64,000 nucleotides of DNA from an uncultured cyanobacterium (GTDB lineage Bacteria; Cyanobacteriota; Cyanobacteriia; CAKZMO01), in the NCBI GenBank assembly GCA_963719515.1, contig CAVRCJ010000011.1, positions 192,001 through 256,000 on the forward strand, read 5' to 3'. Of this stretch, positions 1 through 10,454 are shown in pieces. Numbering within the stretch: position 1 is the stretch's first letter; each line of letters begins with the position of its first letter. The position numbers and the translations under genes were made by a program. The notes under the pieces are model-generated. The model worked only from the letters and a program-made list of their open reading frames with translations, had not been told where the DNA came from and made no database searches.

Positions 1-1476
1 CTAGCGGCGGAGCTGCTGCTGGGCACGCTGGCCAGCTACCTGGTGGGCAACCAGGCCTTAGCCTACGGTGTCGCGGTGGGCGGCTTCCTGGCGGCCATGG
101 GTCTGGGGGCCTACCTCACCCGCTTCGTGGCCCAAGACGCCTCGCCGTCTCGCCTCCAGGGCATTCTGGTGACGCGCTTTTTCCAGGTCGAGCTGCTAAT
201 TGCCCTGCTCACCGCCCTGCTGCCCCTGGGTCTGTTTGCCCTATTCACCGTCGATGGTCCCCTGTGGCTGGGGCTAGGGCTGGTGACCCTGATGCTGGGC
301 ACCCTGGCCGGGGCGGAAGTGCCGCTGCTGACCCGGCTGATGGAGCGCGACCAGGGCATGCGGGAGGCGCTGTCCGGGGTTTTGGCACTAGACTACATGG
401 GCGGGCTGGCCGGGTCGCTGCTGTTTCCGGTGGTGCTGCTGCCTCTGCTGGGCATGTTTCCGGCGGCGGCGGTGATTGGGGCCTTCCCCGCCTGGATGGT
501 GTATCTCATGGGCGGGGCGTTTCCGGGGATGCGGCGCTGGCGGCGGGGCGGTTTAGCCCTGGGCGTGGGGCTGCTGCTGTTCGCGCCGCTGACGCTGACC
601 GTGAGCAACCGGCTAGAAAACACCCTCTACCAGGCCCCCATCATCAACCGGCAGCAGTCTGCCTACCAGCGCATCGTGCTGACCCGCTACGGCCAAGACG
701 TGCGGCTGTTCCTCGACGGCGACCTGCAAATGTCCACCCTAGACGAATACCGCTACCACGAGGCGCTCATCCATCCGGCGCTGTCCGCCAGCGGCACGCC
801 CCGGCGGGTGCTGCTGCTGGGAGCCGGAGACGGCATGGCCCTGCGGGAGGTGCTCAAATGGCCGGAGGTGGAGCAGGTTCTGATCCTGGAGCTAGACCCG
901 CAGGTGGTGGCGCTGGCCCGCCGCCACCCCGCCCTCCTGCAGGCTAACGGCGGCGCATTCGACGATCCGCGCGTCACCCTGCGCTACGGAGACGCCTTTA
1001 AGCTCATGCGCGATCTGGGCCAGACCTTCGACGTCATCGTCGCCGACTTCCCCGACCCCGACGTAGACGCGATCGCCAAGCTCTACAGCCTGGGCTTCTA
1101 CCGCCAGCTGCGCCAGCGCCTCACCCCCAGCGGCGTCCTGGTCACCCAGGCCTCCAGCCCCTTCTTCGCCCCCAAGGTTTTCGCCTGCATCACCACAACG
1201 CTGGAGGCCGCCGGGTTTCGCACCCACCCCTACACCGTCAGCGTCCCCAGCTTTGGGCCTTGGGGGTTTGTGCTGGCGGAGCCCGAAACCATCGACGCAG
1301 TTGACGTCAGTGCCCTGACCCTCCCCATTCCAACGCAATTTTTAACCCCCTCTCTCTTGCCCGCCCTATTTATACTTCCCGGCGATATTACCTCACAGCC
1401 GGCTCAGGTCAACCGACTGGGCCACCCCGTCATCGTCCGCTACCAAAACGACCCGCGCTGGGCTTTGTATAATTGA
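1..1476 (+). CDS. speE: Membrane-fused polyamine aminopropyltransferase (spermidine synthase-like), 5' end outside the window
   Basis: Frame is open from base 1 (LAAELLLGTLASYLVGNQ...). N-terminal TM helices, then LFLDGDLQ, YHEALIHP, LLLGAGDG, ELDPQVV and DVIVADFPDP motifs. Confidence 0.85.
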   Translation, partial: LAAELLLGTLASYLVGNQALAYGVAVGGFLAAMGLGAYLTRFVAQDASPSRLQGILVTRFFQVELLIALLTALLPLGLFALFTVDGPLWLGLGLVTLMLGTLAGAEVPLLTRLMERDQGMREALSGVLALDYMGGLAGSLLFPVVLLPLLGMFPAAAVIGAFPAWMVYLMGGAFPGMRRWRRGGLALGVGLLLFAPLTLTVSNRLENTLYQAPIINRQQSAYQRIVLTRYGQDVRLFLDGDLQMSTLDEYRYHEALIHPALSASGTPRRVLLLGAGDGMALREVLKWPEVEQVLILELDPQVVALARRHPALLQANGGAFDDPRVTLRYGDAFKLMRDLGQTFDVIVADFPDPDVDAIAKLYSLGFYRQLRQRLTPSGVLVTQASSPFFAPKVFACITTTLEAAGFRTHPYTVSVPSFGPWGFVLAEPETIDAVDVSALTLPIPTQFLTPSLLPALFILPGDITSQPAQVNRLGHPVIVRYQNDPRWALYN

Positions 1477-1537
1477 TTTGCTATAGAAAAAGGGCTGCAG
1501 ACGGCTTTACCGGTCCACCCAACAACGATTTTTACCC

Positions 1538-2137
1538 ATGGTTACTTTACCTCTGTTGTGGCTCCTGATTGCGCTGGTCGTTATCGGCGCTGGCGCATTC
1601 TGGTGGTTTTCCTCTCGCCCCCAGCCCCGCACGCGGGAGACCTCCCGCAACCTCCCGCGCCAGCCCTCCCTGTTTGACATGCACATCGGCGATATCGTGC
1701 AGTCCATGGGCCGCGACTGGGTCGTCGAAGGCAAGCTGCGGTACGAAGACGACGGCTTTTCCTGGCTGGAGTACATGCTCCAGGACGACAACGACATTCG
1801 CTGGCTGTCGGTGGAGGAGGACGACTGGGTCACCGTGTCGCTGCTCTCCCCTGTGACCAGCCTAGATGTGAGCGCCAGTCCGCCGCCGGAGCTGACCTTT
1901 GAGGGCCTGGTGTACCGCTGCACCGAGTCGGGCACCGCCCAGATGCGCCGCGAGGGCAACCCCCGCCGACCGGACATCGAGCAGTGCCGCTATTTTGACT
2001 ACGAAGGCCCTGACGAGCGGGTGCTCTCCATTGAAGATTGGGACGGGGATGTGGAGGTGACGGCGGGCACGATTATTGCGCCGCGATCGCTGGTGATTTT
2101 GTCGGGGCAGGGCGACAGCGTTTACAGTCCGGTATAG
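1538..2137 (+). CDS. DUF4178-like protein with N-terminal TM anchor
   Basis: N-terminal hydrophobic helix plus the W-x-EY...WLSVEEDD...LSIEDW pattern. This family commonly lies next to membrane-fused SpeE. Confidence 0.7.
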   Translation: MVTLPLLWLLIALVVIGAGAFWWFSSRPQPRTRETSRNLPRQPSLFDMHIGDIVQSMGRDWVVEGKLRYEDDGFSWLEYMLQDDNDIRWLSVEEDDWVTVSLLSPVTSLDVSASPPPELTFEGLVYRCTESGTAQMRREGNPRRPDIEQCRYFDYEGPDERVLSIEDWDGDVEVTAGTIIAPRSLVILSGQGDSVYSPV

Positions 2138-2162
2138 TGGGGTACGCCACGGCTGTAGCCCT

Positions 2163-2972
2163 ATGACTATCCACATCCCCACTGCCCTTACCATTGCCGG
2201 CTCCGACAGCGGCGGCGGAGCCGGCATCCAAGCCGACCTCAAAACCTTCGCCTTCCACCGCGTCCACGGCACCAGCGCCCTCACCTGCATCACCGCCCAA
2301 AACACCCAGGGAGTGTCCCGCGTCGACGCCTTGCCCCCCGAGGCTGTGGTCGCCCAAATTGAGGCCGTCGCCAGCGACATCGGCGCTGACGCCGCCAAAA
2401 CCGGCATGCTGCTCAACGCCGACATCATCAGCGCAGTCGTGCAGCAGGCTGAGGCTGGCGTCCTAAAAAATCTCGTGGTCGACCCCGTGATGGTGTCTCG
2501 CACCGGGGCGCAGCTGATTGCCGATGAGGCGATCGCCGCCTTAGAAGCCCTAGTTCCCCTGGCCACAATAGTCACCCCCAACCGCTACGAAGCCCAGATC
2601 CTCAGCGGCCAAGAGATTCATACCCTAGAAGACATGGCGGCGGCGGCAAAAGCGATTCTCGCCCTCGGCCCCAAGGCCGTCATCGTCAAAGGGGGAGGCT
2701 TTGCGGGCGAGCTGCGGGGCGTGGATGTGTTTTGCGACGGCGATCGCACAGAGACCTTGAGGACAGAAACGGTGGACACCCCCCATACCCACGGCACCGG
2801 CTGCACCCTCTCGGCGGCGATCGCCGCCAACCTGGCTCTGGGCCATCCCCTGCTGACGGCGGTGCGGCAGGGCAAGCACTACGTCACCCAAGCGCTGCAC
2901 CACAGCTTGGCCGTCGGGTCGGGGCAGGGACCAGTGGGGCATTTCTTTCCGCTGCTCGTACAGACCAGCTAG
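2163..2972 (+). CDS. thiD: Hydroxymethylpyrimidine/phosphomethylpyrimidine kinase
   Basis: [33 protein letters not shown] and [15 protein letters not shown] motifs. Confidence 0.95.
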   Translation: MTIHIPTALTIAGSDSGGGAGIQADLKTFAFHRVHGTSALTCITAQNTQGVSRVDALPPEAVVAQIEAVASDIGADAAKTGMLLNADIISAVVQQAEAGVLKNLVVDPVMVSRTGAQLIADEAIAALEALVPLATIVTPNRYEAQILSGQEIHTLEDMAAAAKAILALGPKAVIVKGGGFAGELRGVDVFCDGDRTETLRTETVDTPHTHGTGCTLSAAIAANLALGHPLLTAVRQGKHYVTQALHHSLAVGSGQGPVGHFFPLLVQTS

Positions 2973-3970
2973 TGCGACGCGCCTCAATCGCCGGAGTATC
3001 GCTGGGGCTAGGACTCGTGACGGCGCTGGTGCTGTGGCAGGGCGCCGGGCTGCTGGCCCAAACCTTTAGTCAGCTGGGCTGGCGGCTGGGGTGGCTGCCC
3101 CTGGTTTACCTAGTTCCGCTGGGCGCGGCGCTGTTTTCCTGGCGCTATTTGTTTCCCCCCGGCAGAGCCCCCAGCCTGAAGCTGCTGATGTACGGCGTCT
3201 GGCTCAACTATTCCATCAACTGGCTCTTGCCCGTGGGCCAGGTGGGGGGAGAGCTGGTGCGCATTCGGCTGCTGCTCAACCGCAAGTTTGCGCCAGAGAC
3301 GGCGATCGCCAGCGTCGTGGCGGACCAAACCCTGCAGCTGGTGACCCAGGCGCTGTATGCGCTGCTGGGAATCGGGCTGCTGGCCTATAGGCAGCTGGGC
3401 CAGGGGTACAGCGGGCGGCTGTGGGCGGTGACGGGGGCGAGCCTGGTGGTGCTGGTGGGAATTAGCGCTGGCTTTTACTGGGTGCAGCACCAGGGGCTGT
3501 TTCGCCTGCTGTCGAAGGTGGCGCGCAAGTTTCCCCGCATGTTTAGCAGTTCGAGCAAGCCCTTGGAAGAGCAGGCCCAGGCGGTAGACGTCGCGCTGAA
3601 AGAACTGTATCAGCGGCGCGATCGCCTCTTGGCGGCGACGCTGTGGCGGGTGGTGTTTCGGCTGACGACGGCGGCGGAGACCGGGCTGGCGCTGCATTTT
3701 CTGGGAGCAACCGTTAGCGTGGCTGACGCGCTGATCTTGGAGAGTCTGGGGCAGGCCATTCGCTCGGCGGCATTCTTGATTCCGGGCGGGCTGGGGGCGC
3801 AGGAGGGGGGCCTGATGGTGATCGGGGCGGCCCTGGGGCTACCGCCCTCGCTGGGGCTATCGCTATCGCTGTGCAAGCGGGTGCGGGAGCTGATCTTGGG
3901 GGTGCCGGGGCTGCTGGGGCTGCAGATGGAAGAGGGGTGGCGAATGGTCCGCCTTCGGCGGGGTCGGTGA
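2972..3970 (+). CDS. Lysylphosphatidylglycerol-synthase-TM / flippase-like membrane protein (HpnL-like)
   Basis: Multi-TM protein with INWLLPVGQVGGE and IPGGLGAQEGG motifs. Likely start is the GTG at 2972, overlapping the thiD stop. Confidence 0.7.
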   Translation: MRRASIAGVSLGLGLVTALVLWQGAGLLAQTFSQLGWRLGWLPLVYLVPLGAALFSWRYLFPPGRAPSLKLLMYGVWLNYSINWLLPVGQVGGELVRIRLLLNRKFAPETAIASVVADQTLQLVTQALYALLGIGLLAYRQLGQGYSGRLWAVTGASLVVLVGISAGFYWVQHQGLFRLLSKVARKFPRMFSSSSKPLEEQAQAVDVALKELYQRRDRLLAATLWRVVFRLTTAAETGLALHFLGATVSVADALILESLGQAIRSAAFLIPGGLGAQEGGLMVIGAALGLPPSLGLSLSLCKRVRELILGVPGLLGLQMEEGWRMVRLRRGR

Positions 3971-4322
3971 TCAGATCTCTGCCCGGAGGGGCAAAGCTTG
4001 CGGCTGTAACAGCCGACCTACGGCGTTCCTTGAGGGCCCTTACAATAGAGTACGGGCACAGATATTTAGCGGATGCGGTAGTAGCGCCTTTAAACGGGGT
4101 TGGTAGCCTATGGCTATGCTCTTGCAGTGGCCGAACTGCGATGGTCCAACAATAACCGAATGGCCGGATGGAGAAGTGGATCACCCTATCCGGCGCTTCT
4201 GCTCTCAATATTGAAGATTAAAGCAGAGACGGAGGCCTAGAGACGGCAGCGTCTAGCTCTAGGACGAGTCACGTCCAGCCTCCTCAGCCGTTTAACTTGC
4301 TCTAAAGTCTACGAGAGGTGAT

Positions 4323-4508
4323 ATGAAAAGAATCATTTGCTATTTAAGTGCTATGGCCGCAGCGTCTAGCGCGATGATCTTGCCTGCAGCGGCAATGCCC
4401 CTTCGGCTCGCTCATCAGAGCCTTGCCGCCATTGATATAGAACTCTCCACGAGGGACGTTGTCTCCTGCGATCGCGTCAACGATCCGTCAAGCTGTACCG
4501 GAGCCTAA
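4323..4508 (+). CDS. Small putative secreted protein (61 aa)
   Basis: GAGGTG RBS just upstream, signal-peptide-like N-terminus, two C-terminal Cys. Confidence 0.45.
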   Translation: MKRIICYLSAMAAASSAMILPAAAMPLRLAHQSLAAIDIELSTRDVVSCDRVNDPSSCTGA

Positions 4509-4542
4509 GAGCTGCGCTGGGCCAACCCCGGTCGTCGGTCCG

Positions 4543-7500
4543 CTACTGATTCGATTGACAAAAGTCGATGATTTCCTCAACGGCGGCCTGACTAGTTTCG
4601 CTGTTTTCCTGAGGCGCGGAGCTTGATCTACGCTGCTGCGCCTGCAGATAGCTGCCCACCGCCCCGCAGCCCTCTTCAATCAACAGACCTAGGGTGTCGC
4701 CGCTGAAGTCCTTAGGCAACCGCCACAGTAGAACCCGATTATCGTAGCTCGCAGAGGCTAGGGCGATATCATTCGCTTTTAGGTCTAGCTGGCCTGTTCC
4801 GGGGCTGAACTGGACGCTGGACACTTCTCTGTGGTGGTTTCTCAGCGTTGAAATCAGCTTGCCCTGCTGATTCCAGAGCTTGACGGTTCCATCTTGGCTA
4901 GCGGAGGCTAGCAGTTGGCCGTCGGGGCTAATCCCCACATCTAGAACGGCGTCCCCATGACCCTTAAGGGTGTCAAGTAAACCGTCCTCTACATCCCATA
5001 GCTTCACGCTGGCGTCGGCGTTTCCGGAAATCAGCCGCTCCCCTTCTGGGTCAACGGCAATGCTCGTCACGTCGTCTGCGCGCGTGGACTGTCCCTGATC
5101 GCTCAAGGTTTTGACCTTTACGACTCTAACGCCGCTGTCCGTCGGTACTTCAAAAGACCAGATTGTAATCCCTCCGGGTGTATCCGGTTCCGAAGATCTG
5201 CTGGAGGTGACTAGCCAACCGCGCTGCGGGACAAATTCCAAATCCGAGAGGGATGCGTCATGCTCAACGGTCGTCAGAAGGTCGCCATCAAGCGTCCAAA
5301 ACTTGATCAGCTGGTCCGCGCCCGCAGAGGCAATCATAGTCCCGTCGGGGCTAAAGCGAACGGCGCTGATCTCCCCGTCGTGACCGGCAAACTGGCGCCA
5401 GGGCTCTGTGGTGGAGACGTCGGGACGCCAGAGCTTGATTTGGCCATTGCTTTCACCGGAAACGAGAAGCTGAGAATTAGGGCTATAGTCAAGGCTATTG
5501 ATAATGCCGGTTGGGGTTTCGGTCGCCTGAATGTGGGCAATTAGGTCTCCAGCCAAATTCCACAGTCGGATGTTTTGTCGTCCTCCGGAAGCGATCACTC
5601 TACCGTCAGGGCGAAACCGGACGGCATGGACGCGGTTGGTGTGGGGGAACGTATTGATGGGGTTATCTAAATTCCACAGGATAATGGTGCCGCTAGCGCT
5701 GCCCGAGGCCAGCAGGTCTTCTTCGCCGGGGGCGGGGGCAATGCTCAAAACCTCGTCTCGATGCCCCTCAAACTCCTCTAAAAGCAGTCCCTGTTGCCGA
5801 GACCAGATTTTAATCGTGTCATCCACGCCCGCGCTGATTATCGTCCGTTCGTTTTCGGCAAACTGCACGCGGTACACTGCCCCTAGATGGCCGCGCAAGG
5901 TGTGCAGCAGCGCTCCTTTTTTTGACCAAACCTTGATGGTGCCATCCTGGCTCGCTGAAGCCAAGAACAGTCCACTAGGGCTAAACGCCACGCGGTGTAC
6001 AGTGCTGAGATGCTGGTTGTCTTCCAGCGGTATGGCGCTGCCGTCCAGGTTATACAGCTTGGCAAACCCCCGCACGTCCGCTGAGGCGATCGCCTTACCG
6101 TCGGGGCTAAACTCCAGATGGATGATGGGTGAACCGCTCTCAAACTGGTTTATCAAGGTTCCAGTCGAGGACCACAGCGCAATCGTCCCTTCAGCGTCGG
6201 CGGTCGCCAGCAAATCGCCATAAGGGCTGAAAGACAACCCCAGCACAGGCTCTGCATGGGGCAAGACGACGGGTGCCTTGAAGCCATCTGCTCTGTTCCA
6301 AAGCTGCACCGTTTTGTCATTGCTGGCGGAGGCCAGCAGCTGCCCGCCGGGGCTGAAGCTGACGACGTTGATGCGATCCTCGTGGCGGCGAGGAACCGTG
6401 GTGTAGAGCTCGCCGTTGGAGGTCCAAACCTTAACTCGACCATCGTGGCTTCCAGAGGCTAGCAGTTCACCATCGGCGCTAAAGGTGACGCCAATTACGG
6501 CCTCTTCATGGCCCCGCAGCGGAGGGGTCAAGGGCAGTCCATCTAGCCCCCAAAGCCTGACCGTACCGTCTTCCCCCCCCGAGGCGAGACGGGTGCCGTT
6601 GGGGCTAAAGCGAACGCTAAAAACCTTGCCCTCATGACCCTCTAAATAGTTGGCCGCTCGCAAACTGTAGATTTCTCGGTGAAGCGCCGCCACCGCCCTA
6701 ATTCTCAAATTAGAGCGCATGCTGCTAAACAGCAGGCCATAATTCTTGAGCCGTTTGCTCGCTTTGAGCGCTACTTGGAGGGCGTCAAGCCCCCGACGGT
6801 CTTCTAGAGAATTGACGAGCGCCCGCACCTCTTCAACTGCGATGGTCACGCTGAAAGTGGATAACCCCAACAGTACGGCTGTCGCAATGCCGCCAATCAA
6901 AGCCCAGGTTCTGCGCTTAGTTTTTAGGATGCGATCGCTTTCGGTGACGTATTTCTTTTGAAGAGGCGTCAGCTCTGGCAGATCGCGCTCTGAAGGCCGC
7001 CGGTGCTGCCGCCATAGCTTCACCTCCTTGAGCTGCTGAGGGGTCATCAAAAAGCCGTCCCGGCGGTTGCTGTCGTCCCACTCCAACGCGCGCCGCATCA
7101 GCCGCTGGTGCTGCCTGACGTAATTGAGGTCAGTGCGAATGGCGCTGAGCAGGTGCAGCAGCGCTGGCGTGAAGTCCTCTAGCTGGCAAAAAGAAATATA
7201 GTGCAGTTTGCTGAGCCCCAGGGCTTCGAGGCGGTTTTGGTTGTAGTCGCTGCGCCATAGCACTGTGATAATGCGCTTGTTGAATTTCTGGGCAATCTTA
7301 ATCTCCTGTTCGCAGTGAACCGAGAGCGCCGAGTCTGGACTGATGACAAAGATAACGGTGTGGACAGCCTGAATTCCCGCTTCCACCTCCTGCTGCCAGT
7401 CTGAGGCCACGGGGATATTTTTCCAGTCAACCCAGGGGCTATGCCCCGCCTCATTGAGCCCCTCGTACAGCCTTTTGACAAAGGCGCTATCTCGGTGAGA

Positions 7501-8262
7501 GTAGGACAGCAAGAGGTCTACATCTTGGTCGGCATGGGCCAGGCTAGCCTGCACCAAGGCCTCTTGCTCAGGCGACAGCTCAGCTTGCTTACCCAAGAAT
7601 TGCTTTAGCGTTTGCTGGCTTGCCTGAACCGCAGCCACATCTTGAGATCGCAGGAGTAGATCTTGGGGATACTCCCGCTGTTGCCAGATGTGGGCGCGGA
7701 CGAGCAGCTTAGTAAACGCATAGAGATCAACAATGAAATCTGCCAGCAAATTGACCTCGAAAAGGCCGCCTGCTCGGCTATCCCACGGGAGGTGTAGCCA
7801 AGACATCTGCTGCAGCTCGCTGGGCAGCTGCGCGGTCGATGCAGTCGGATTCCACAGCACGAAAATAAGCAGCTTGTTGAGCCTTAGAGCGAGGTTTAGC
7901 TCGCTTTGGCGCGATCTCACCAGCGCGGGTGTAACGATGAAGATCACCACGTCTGCGCCCTGAATGCCTCTTTCTACCTGCGCTTCCCGCGTCGAACCGT
8001 CAATCACATCTTCGAAGTCAATCCAGGGGTCATGCTCTCGCTCTCGCAGTTCTCCATCGAGCAGGCGCACAAAGCCAACGTCTTCGGGGGCATAGGAAAC
8101 AAAGATTTTGTTACTTCTGGCTGTCGACAACCCGATTGCCGTCAAGTCTTCAGCGGCGGGCAAGCGATAGGAGAAGGGAAGTGAGTCCCCTTTTGATCTC
8201 AAGGCCAAGGCAGCAGCGGTATGCATAGTGGAGTTGAGGGCTGAAAGGAGAACTTGTCCCAA
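4543..8262 (-). CDS. Tandem TIR-TIR domain, single TM, WD40-repeat protein
   Basis: Two TIR motifs (IFVSYAPED...PWID...SELNLA and LLSYSHRD...PWVD...CEQEI), a TM helix WALIGGIATAVLLGL, and about 14 GH...W repeats. True start may be the ATG at 8226. Confidence 0.85.
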   Translation of the reverse strand: MGQVLLSALNSTMHTAAALALRSKGDSLPFSYRLPAAEDLTAIGLSTARSNKIFVSYAPEDVGFVRLLDGELREREHDPWIDFEDVIDGSTREAQVERGIQGADVVIFIVTPALVRSRQSELNLALRLNKLLIFVLWNPTASTAQLPSELQQMSWLHLPWDSRAGGLFEVNLLADFIVDLYAFTKLLVRAHIWQQREYPQDLLLRSQDVAAVQASQQTLKQFLGKQAELSPEQEALVQASLAHADQDVDLLLSYSHRDSAFVKRLYEGLNEAGHSPWVDWKNIPVASDWQQEVEAGIQAVHTVIFVISPDSALSVHCEQEIKIAQKFNKRIITVLWRSDYNQNRLEALGLSKLHYISFCQLEDFTPALLHLLSAIRTDLNYVRQHQRLMRRALEWDDSNRRDGFLMTPQQLKEVKLWRQHRRPSERDLPELTPLQKKYVTESDRILKTKRRTWALIGGIATAVLLGLSTFSVTIAVEEVRALVNSLEDRRGLDALQVALKASKRLKNYGLLFSSMRSNLRIRAVAALHREIYSLRAANYLEGHEGKVFSVRFSPNGTRLASGGEDGTVRLWGLDGLPLTPPLRGHEEAVIGVTFSADGELLASGSHDGRVKVWTSNGELYTTVPRRHEDRINVVSFSPGGQLLASASNDKTVQLWNRADGFKAPVVLPHAEPVLGLSFSPYGDLLATADAEGTIALWSSTGTLINQFESGSPIIHLEFSPDGKAIASADVRGFAKLYNLDGSAIPLEDNQHLSTVHRVAFSPSGLFLASASQDGTIKVWSKKGALLHTLRGHLGAVYRVQFAENERTIISAGVDDTIKIWSRQQGLLLEEFEGHRDEVLSIAPAPGEEDLLASGSASGTIILWNLDNPINTFPHTNRVHAVRFRPDGRVIASGGRQNIRLWNLAGDLIAHIQATETPTGIINSLDYSPNSQLLVSGESNGQIKLWRPDVSTTEPWRQFAGHDGEISAVRFSPDGTMIASAGADQLIKFWTLDGDLLTTVEHDASLSDLEFVPQRGWLVTSSRSSEPDTPGGITIWSFEVPTDSGVRVVKVKTLSDQGQSTRADDVTSIAVDPEGERLISGNADASVKLWDVEDGLLDTLKGHGDAVLDVGISPDGQLLASASQDGTVKLWNQQGKLISTLRNHHREVSSVQFSPGTGQLDLKANDIALASASYDNRVLLWRLPKDFSGDTLGLLIEEGCGAVGSYLQAQQRRSSSAPQENSETSQAAVEEIIDFCQSNQ

Positions 8263-8441
8263 GATATTGTAGACTTTGCCTAAATCCCATCAAGGAAAAA
8301 TCTCATAACTCGTATCAGACGAATAGCCAGCGGCAGGAGACCTCAAGGCCGTTGGCCCATCCCCTAGTTTTCAGCAGCCGTAGGCAGACCTAAACTGGTA
8401 GCCTTACTTCAACACTACAGGGCAAAATCGGGAGTTTCGAA

Positions 8442-8624
8442 ATGAGCGAAGCGCTTTCTTTTAGCTTTTCCCAGATTCGCCAAGCCCGCGCCGCCGCTTT
8501 GAGGGCTGAAGACGTCGCTGAGGCTGCCCGAGTTCTGGGACGTTACCGCGCTCCTGCAGCAGCTGATGGCGCAATCCAGCAGCCCATAATTTACGAGGCA
8601 GCGATCGCCCATGGATTCTTCTAG
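8442..8624 (+). CDS. Small hypothetical protein overlapping the start of the SLATT gene
   Basis: GGAG upstream of the ATG and overlap with the next gene. No recognisable motif. Confidence 0.35.
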   Translation: MSEALSFSFSQIRQARAAALRAEDVAEAARVLGRYRAPAAADGAIQQPIIYEAAIAHGFF

Positions 8625-9732
8625 ACTTGAGGGTGGCCGCAGCGCTAGCGCTATTCGCAGCCTTAGTCAGCTGCAAGCTACGCCCACTAACACGAGGCTG
8701 CTGAAGATTGCTTGGGAGCGTCAAAGGGTTTACAGCAGCAACGCAAGCGCATCGCAGAAGAGGTTTTATACGTTTAGGCGCTTGATCTCCTGGCTCAGCG
8801 TGACGGCGATCTTCCTCGCAATTATTCACACCGAGATTCCCAGATTTGAGGAAGTGACAGGCGACTTGCTGATCCTGCTGCCAATCTTGGTCAGCGGGCT
8901 GCTGGCCTTTGCTGTGAAATACGATAGAGGCAACAACTGGCTGCTGCTGCGCGGCAACGCGGAGGCCCTCAAAACAGAAATTTACTACTACCTAACCGGG
9001 GTGGGCCACTACGGCAGGCGGCGGGATGAAGTGCTAGCCCACAGGATAAAGCTGATCAGCGAGCGACTCAAGGGGAGTTCGGTTCACCAGGGCTCTTTGA
9101 GACCGTTTGAGGAGGAAGTCCGGAATTACGGTCTCCTCGGCAATTTGGCCCAGGCTATTCGCCGTACGGTTAGCGATCGCTACGGCACTCTCCGCCAAGC
9201 GCTGCTGGGGCCCCTGTTTCCCGACAGCGGCAAGCCTATAGAGAATCTTTTGCCTGCTGACTACATTCCTCACCGGCTTGAGGCGCAGTTCAACTGGTAT
9301 CGCTACAAGAGCCGTCAGTTCGACCGCCAGCTTCAGCTATTTCAGTCGTTTGTCTATGTGTTTGGAGGACTGGGGACGCTTTTAGCCGCTTTTGGGCAGC
9401 AGGCCTGGGTGGCCACCACCACTGCCGTGGCCGGGGCGCTGCTCAACTACCTGGAGTTTAAGCGGGTGGAGTCGACGCTGGTGGGCTACAACCAAACGGC
9501 AGATGCCCTGTATGACATCCGCACCTGGTGGACGTCGCTATCGGCAGGGCAGCAAAAGCAGTGGCGGAACTTTGAGCTTTTGGTGCAGGGAACGGAGGAG
9601 ACAATTCGCAGTGAGCATACGAGTTGGCTACACGATATGCAGGATAAGCTCGCTCAGATTTACGGACAAACGGACTTTGAGGGGAGCCAGTCAGAAGACG
9701 GCGAGGGGGCTCAGCCGACCCGTGAGGAGTAA
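8611..9732 (+). CDS. DUF4231/SLATT-type membrane protein (two 2-TM units)
   Basis: Two TM hairpins, with W-x-x-LR-x-x-AEALK-x-E-x-YYY and Y-x-x-x-RL-x-x-Q-x-x-WY motifs and a C-terminal LV-x-x-TE-x-x-I-x-x-E-x-x-x-W. Confidence 0.75.
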   Translation: MDSSRLEGGRSASAIRSLSQLQATPTNTRLLKIAWERQRVYSSNASASQKRFYTFRRLISWLSVTAIFLAIIHTEIPRFEEVTGDLLILLPILVSGLLAFAVKYDRGNNWLLLRGNAEALKTEIYYYLTGVGHYGRRRDEVLAHRIKLISERLKGSSVHQGSLRPFEEEVRNYGLLGNLAQAIRRTVSDRYGTLRQALLGPLFPDSGKPIENLLPADYIPHRLEAQFNWYRYKSRQFDRQLQLFQSFVYVFGGLGTLLAAFGQQAWVATTTAVAGALLNYLEFKRVESTLVGYNQTADALYDIRTWWTSLSAGQQKQWRNFELLVQGTEETIRSEHTSWLHDMQDKLAQIYGQTDFEGSQSEDGEGAQPTREE

Positions 9733-9800
9733 TCGCGACGGCTAGACAGACCTGATAGTCTCTTCTCGTTCTGGCCCGTACCGACAAGCGCAGCTCTAGC

Positions 9801-10250
9801 TCACAGGGGCGAGAGCGATCGCTGGCAGGCGGGGCATACGGCGTGGATAGTGAGCTGGCAGTCTAGGAGGTGGTAGCCCTCTTTTTGAGCTGTTCTCACG
9901 CCCGTCTTCAAGATAGAGTCATTTTTAAACTCAGTTGTCTTGCTGCAGCGAACGCACACGAGATGATGGTGGTGGTGGGGACGAGGCCGGTTGAGCTCAT
10001 AGCTCTTATAGCCCTCGGATAGCTCCAGCTCCCGCAGAATTCCCATGCGGGCCATCAGCTTCAAGTTGCGATAGATGGTGGATAGGCTAACCTTTTCCCC
10101 CTGCTCGTCTAGCAGCGTACAGACCTCCTCGGCGTTGAGGTGACGGCCCTCTTCAAGATCTTGAAAAAACTGCAGAATCTTCTCTCGCTGGGGGGTGAGC
10201 CGCCAGCCCCGCTCATTTAGCTCTGCTTTAAGGGCGGTGACGCTATACAT
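9801..10250 (-). CDS. fur: Ferric uptake regulator (FurA-like)
   Basis: LKAELNERGWRLTPQR, STIYRNL, HHHHHLVCVRC and CPAC motifs. Confidence 0.9.
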   Translation of the reverse strand: MYSVTALKAELNERGWRLTPQREKILQFFQDLEEGRHLNAEEVCTLLDEQGEKVSLSTIYRNLKLMARMGILRELELSEGYKSYELNRPRPHHHHHLVCVRCSKTTEFKNDSILKTGVRTAQKEGYHLLDCQLTIHAVCPACQRSLSPL

Positions 10251-10300
10251 GGCGGTTGACCTCGCGGTGGCAGTAATGACGGTGGCAATAGTGATGGCTT

Positions 10301-10370
10301 ATTGATAATGATATCGAAAGAATCAGTAAATTTGCAAGAACAGCGCCTTATTGAGAATTGATGTTGATAT
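10301..10370. promoter_or_regulatory. Putative Fur-box-like operators between fur and futB
   Basis: ATTGATAATGATATCGAA and TTGAGAATTGATGTTGAT resemble the GATAAT-based Fur consensus and lie in the divergent promoter region. Confidence 0.55.
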
Positions 10371-10454
10371 GGGTATTCACAGTCTCGTAGGATTGATCTA
10401 CCGTTGTTAAATGGCTTCAAAAAACGCTCTATCGGCGAGCAGGCACGGCCCAGA

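Noticed and set aside
2732..2971. N-terminal extension of the 412-aa ORF
   Set aside because: It overlaps thiD in another frame and looks non-coding; the GTG at 2972 is a better start.
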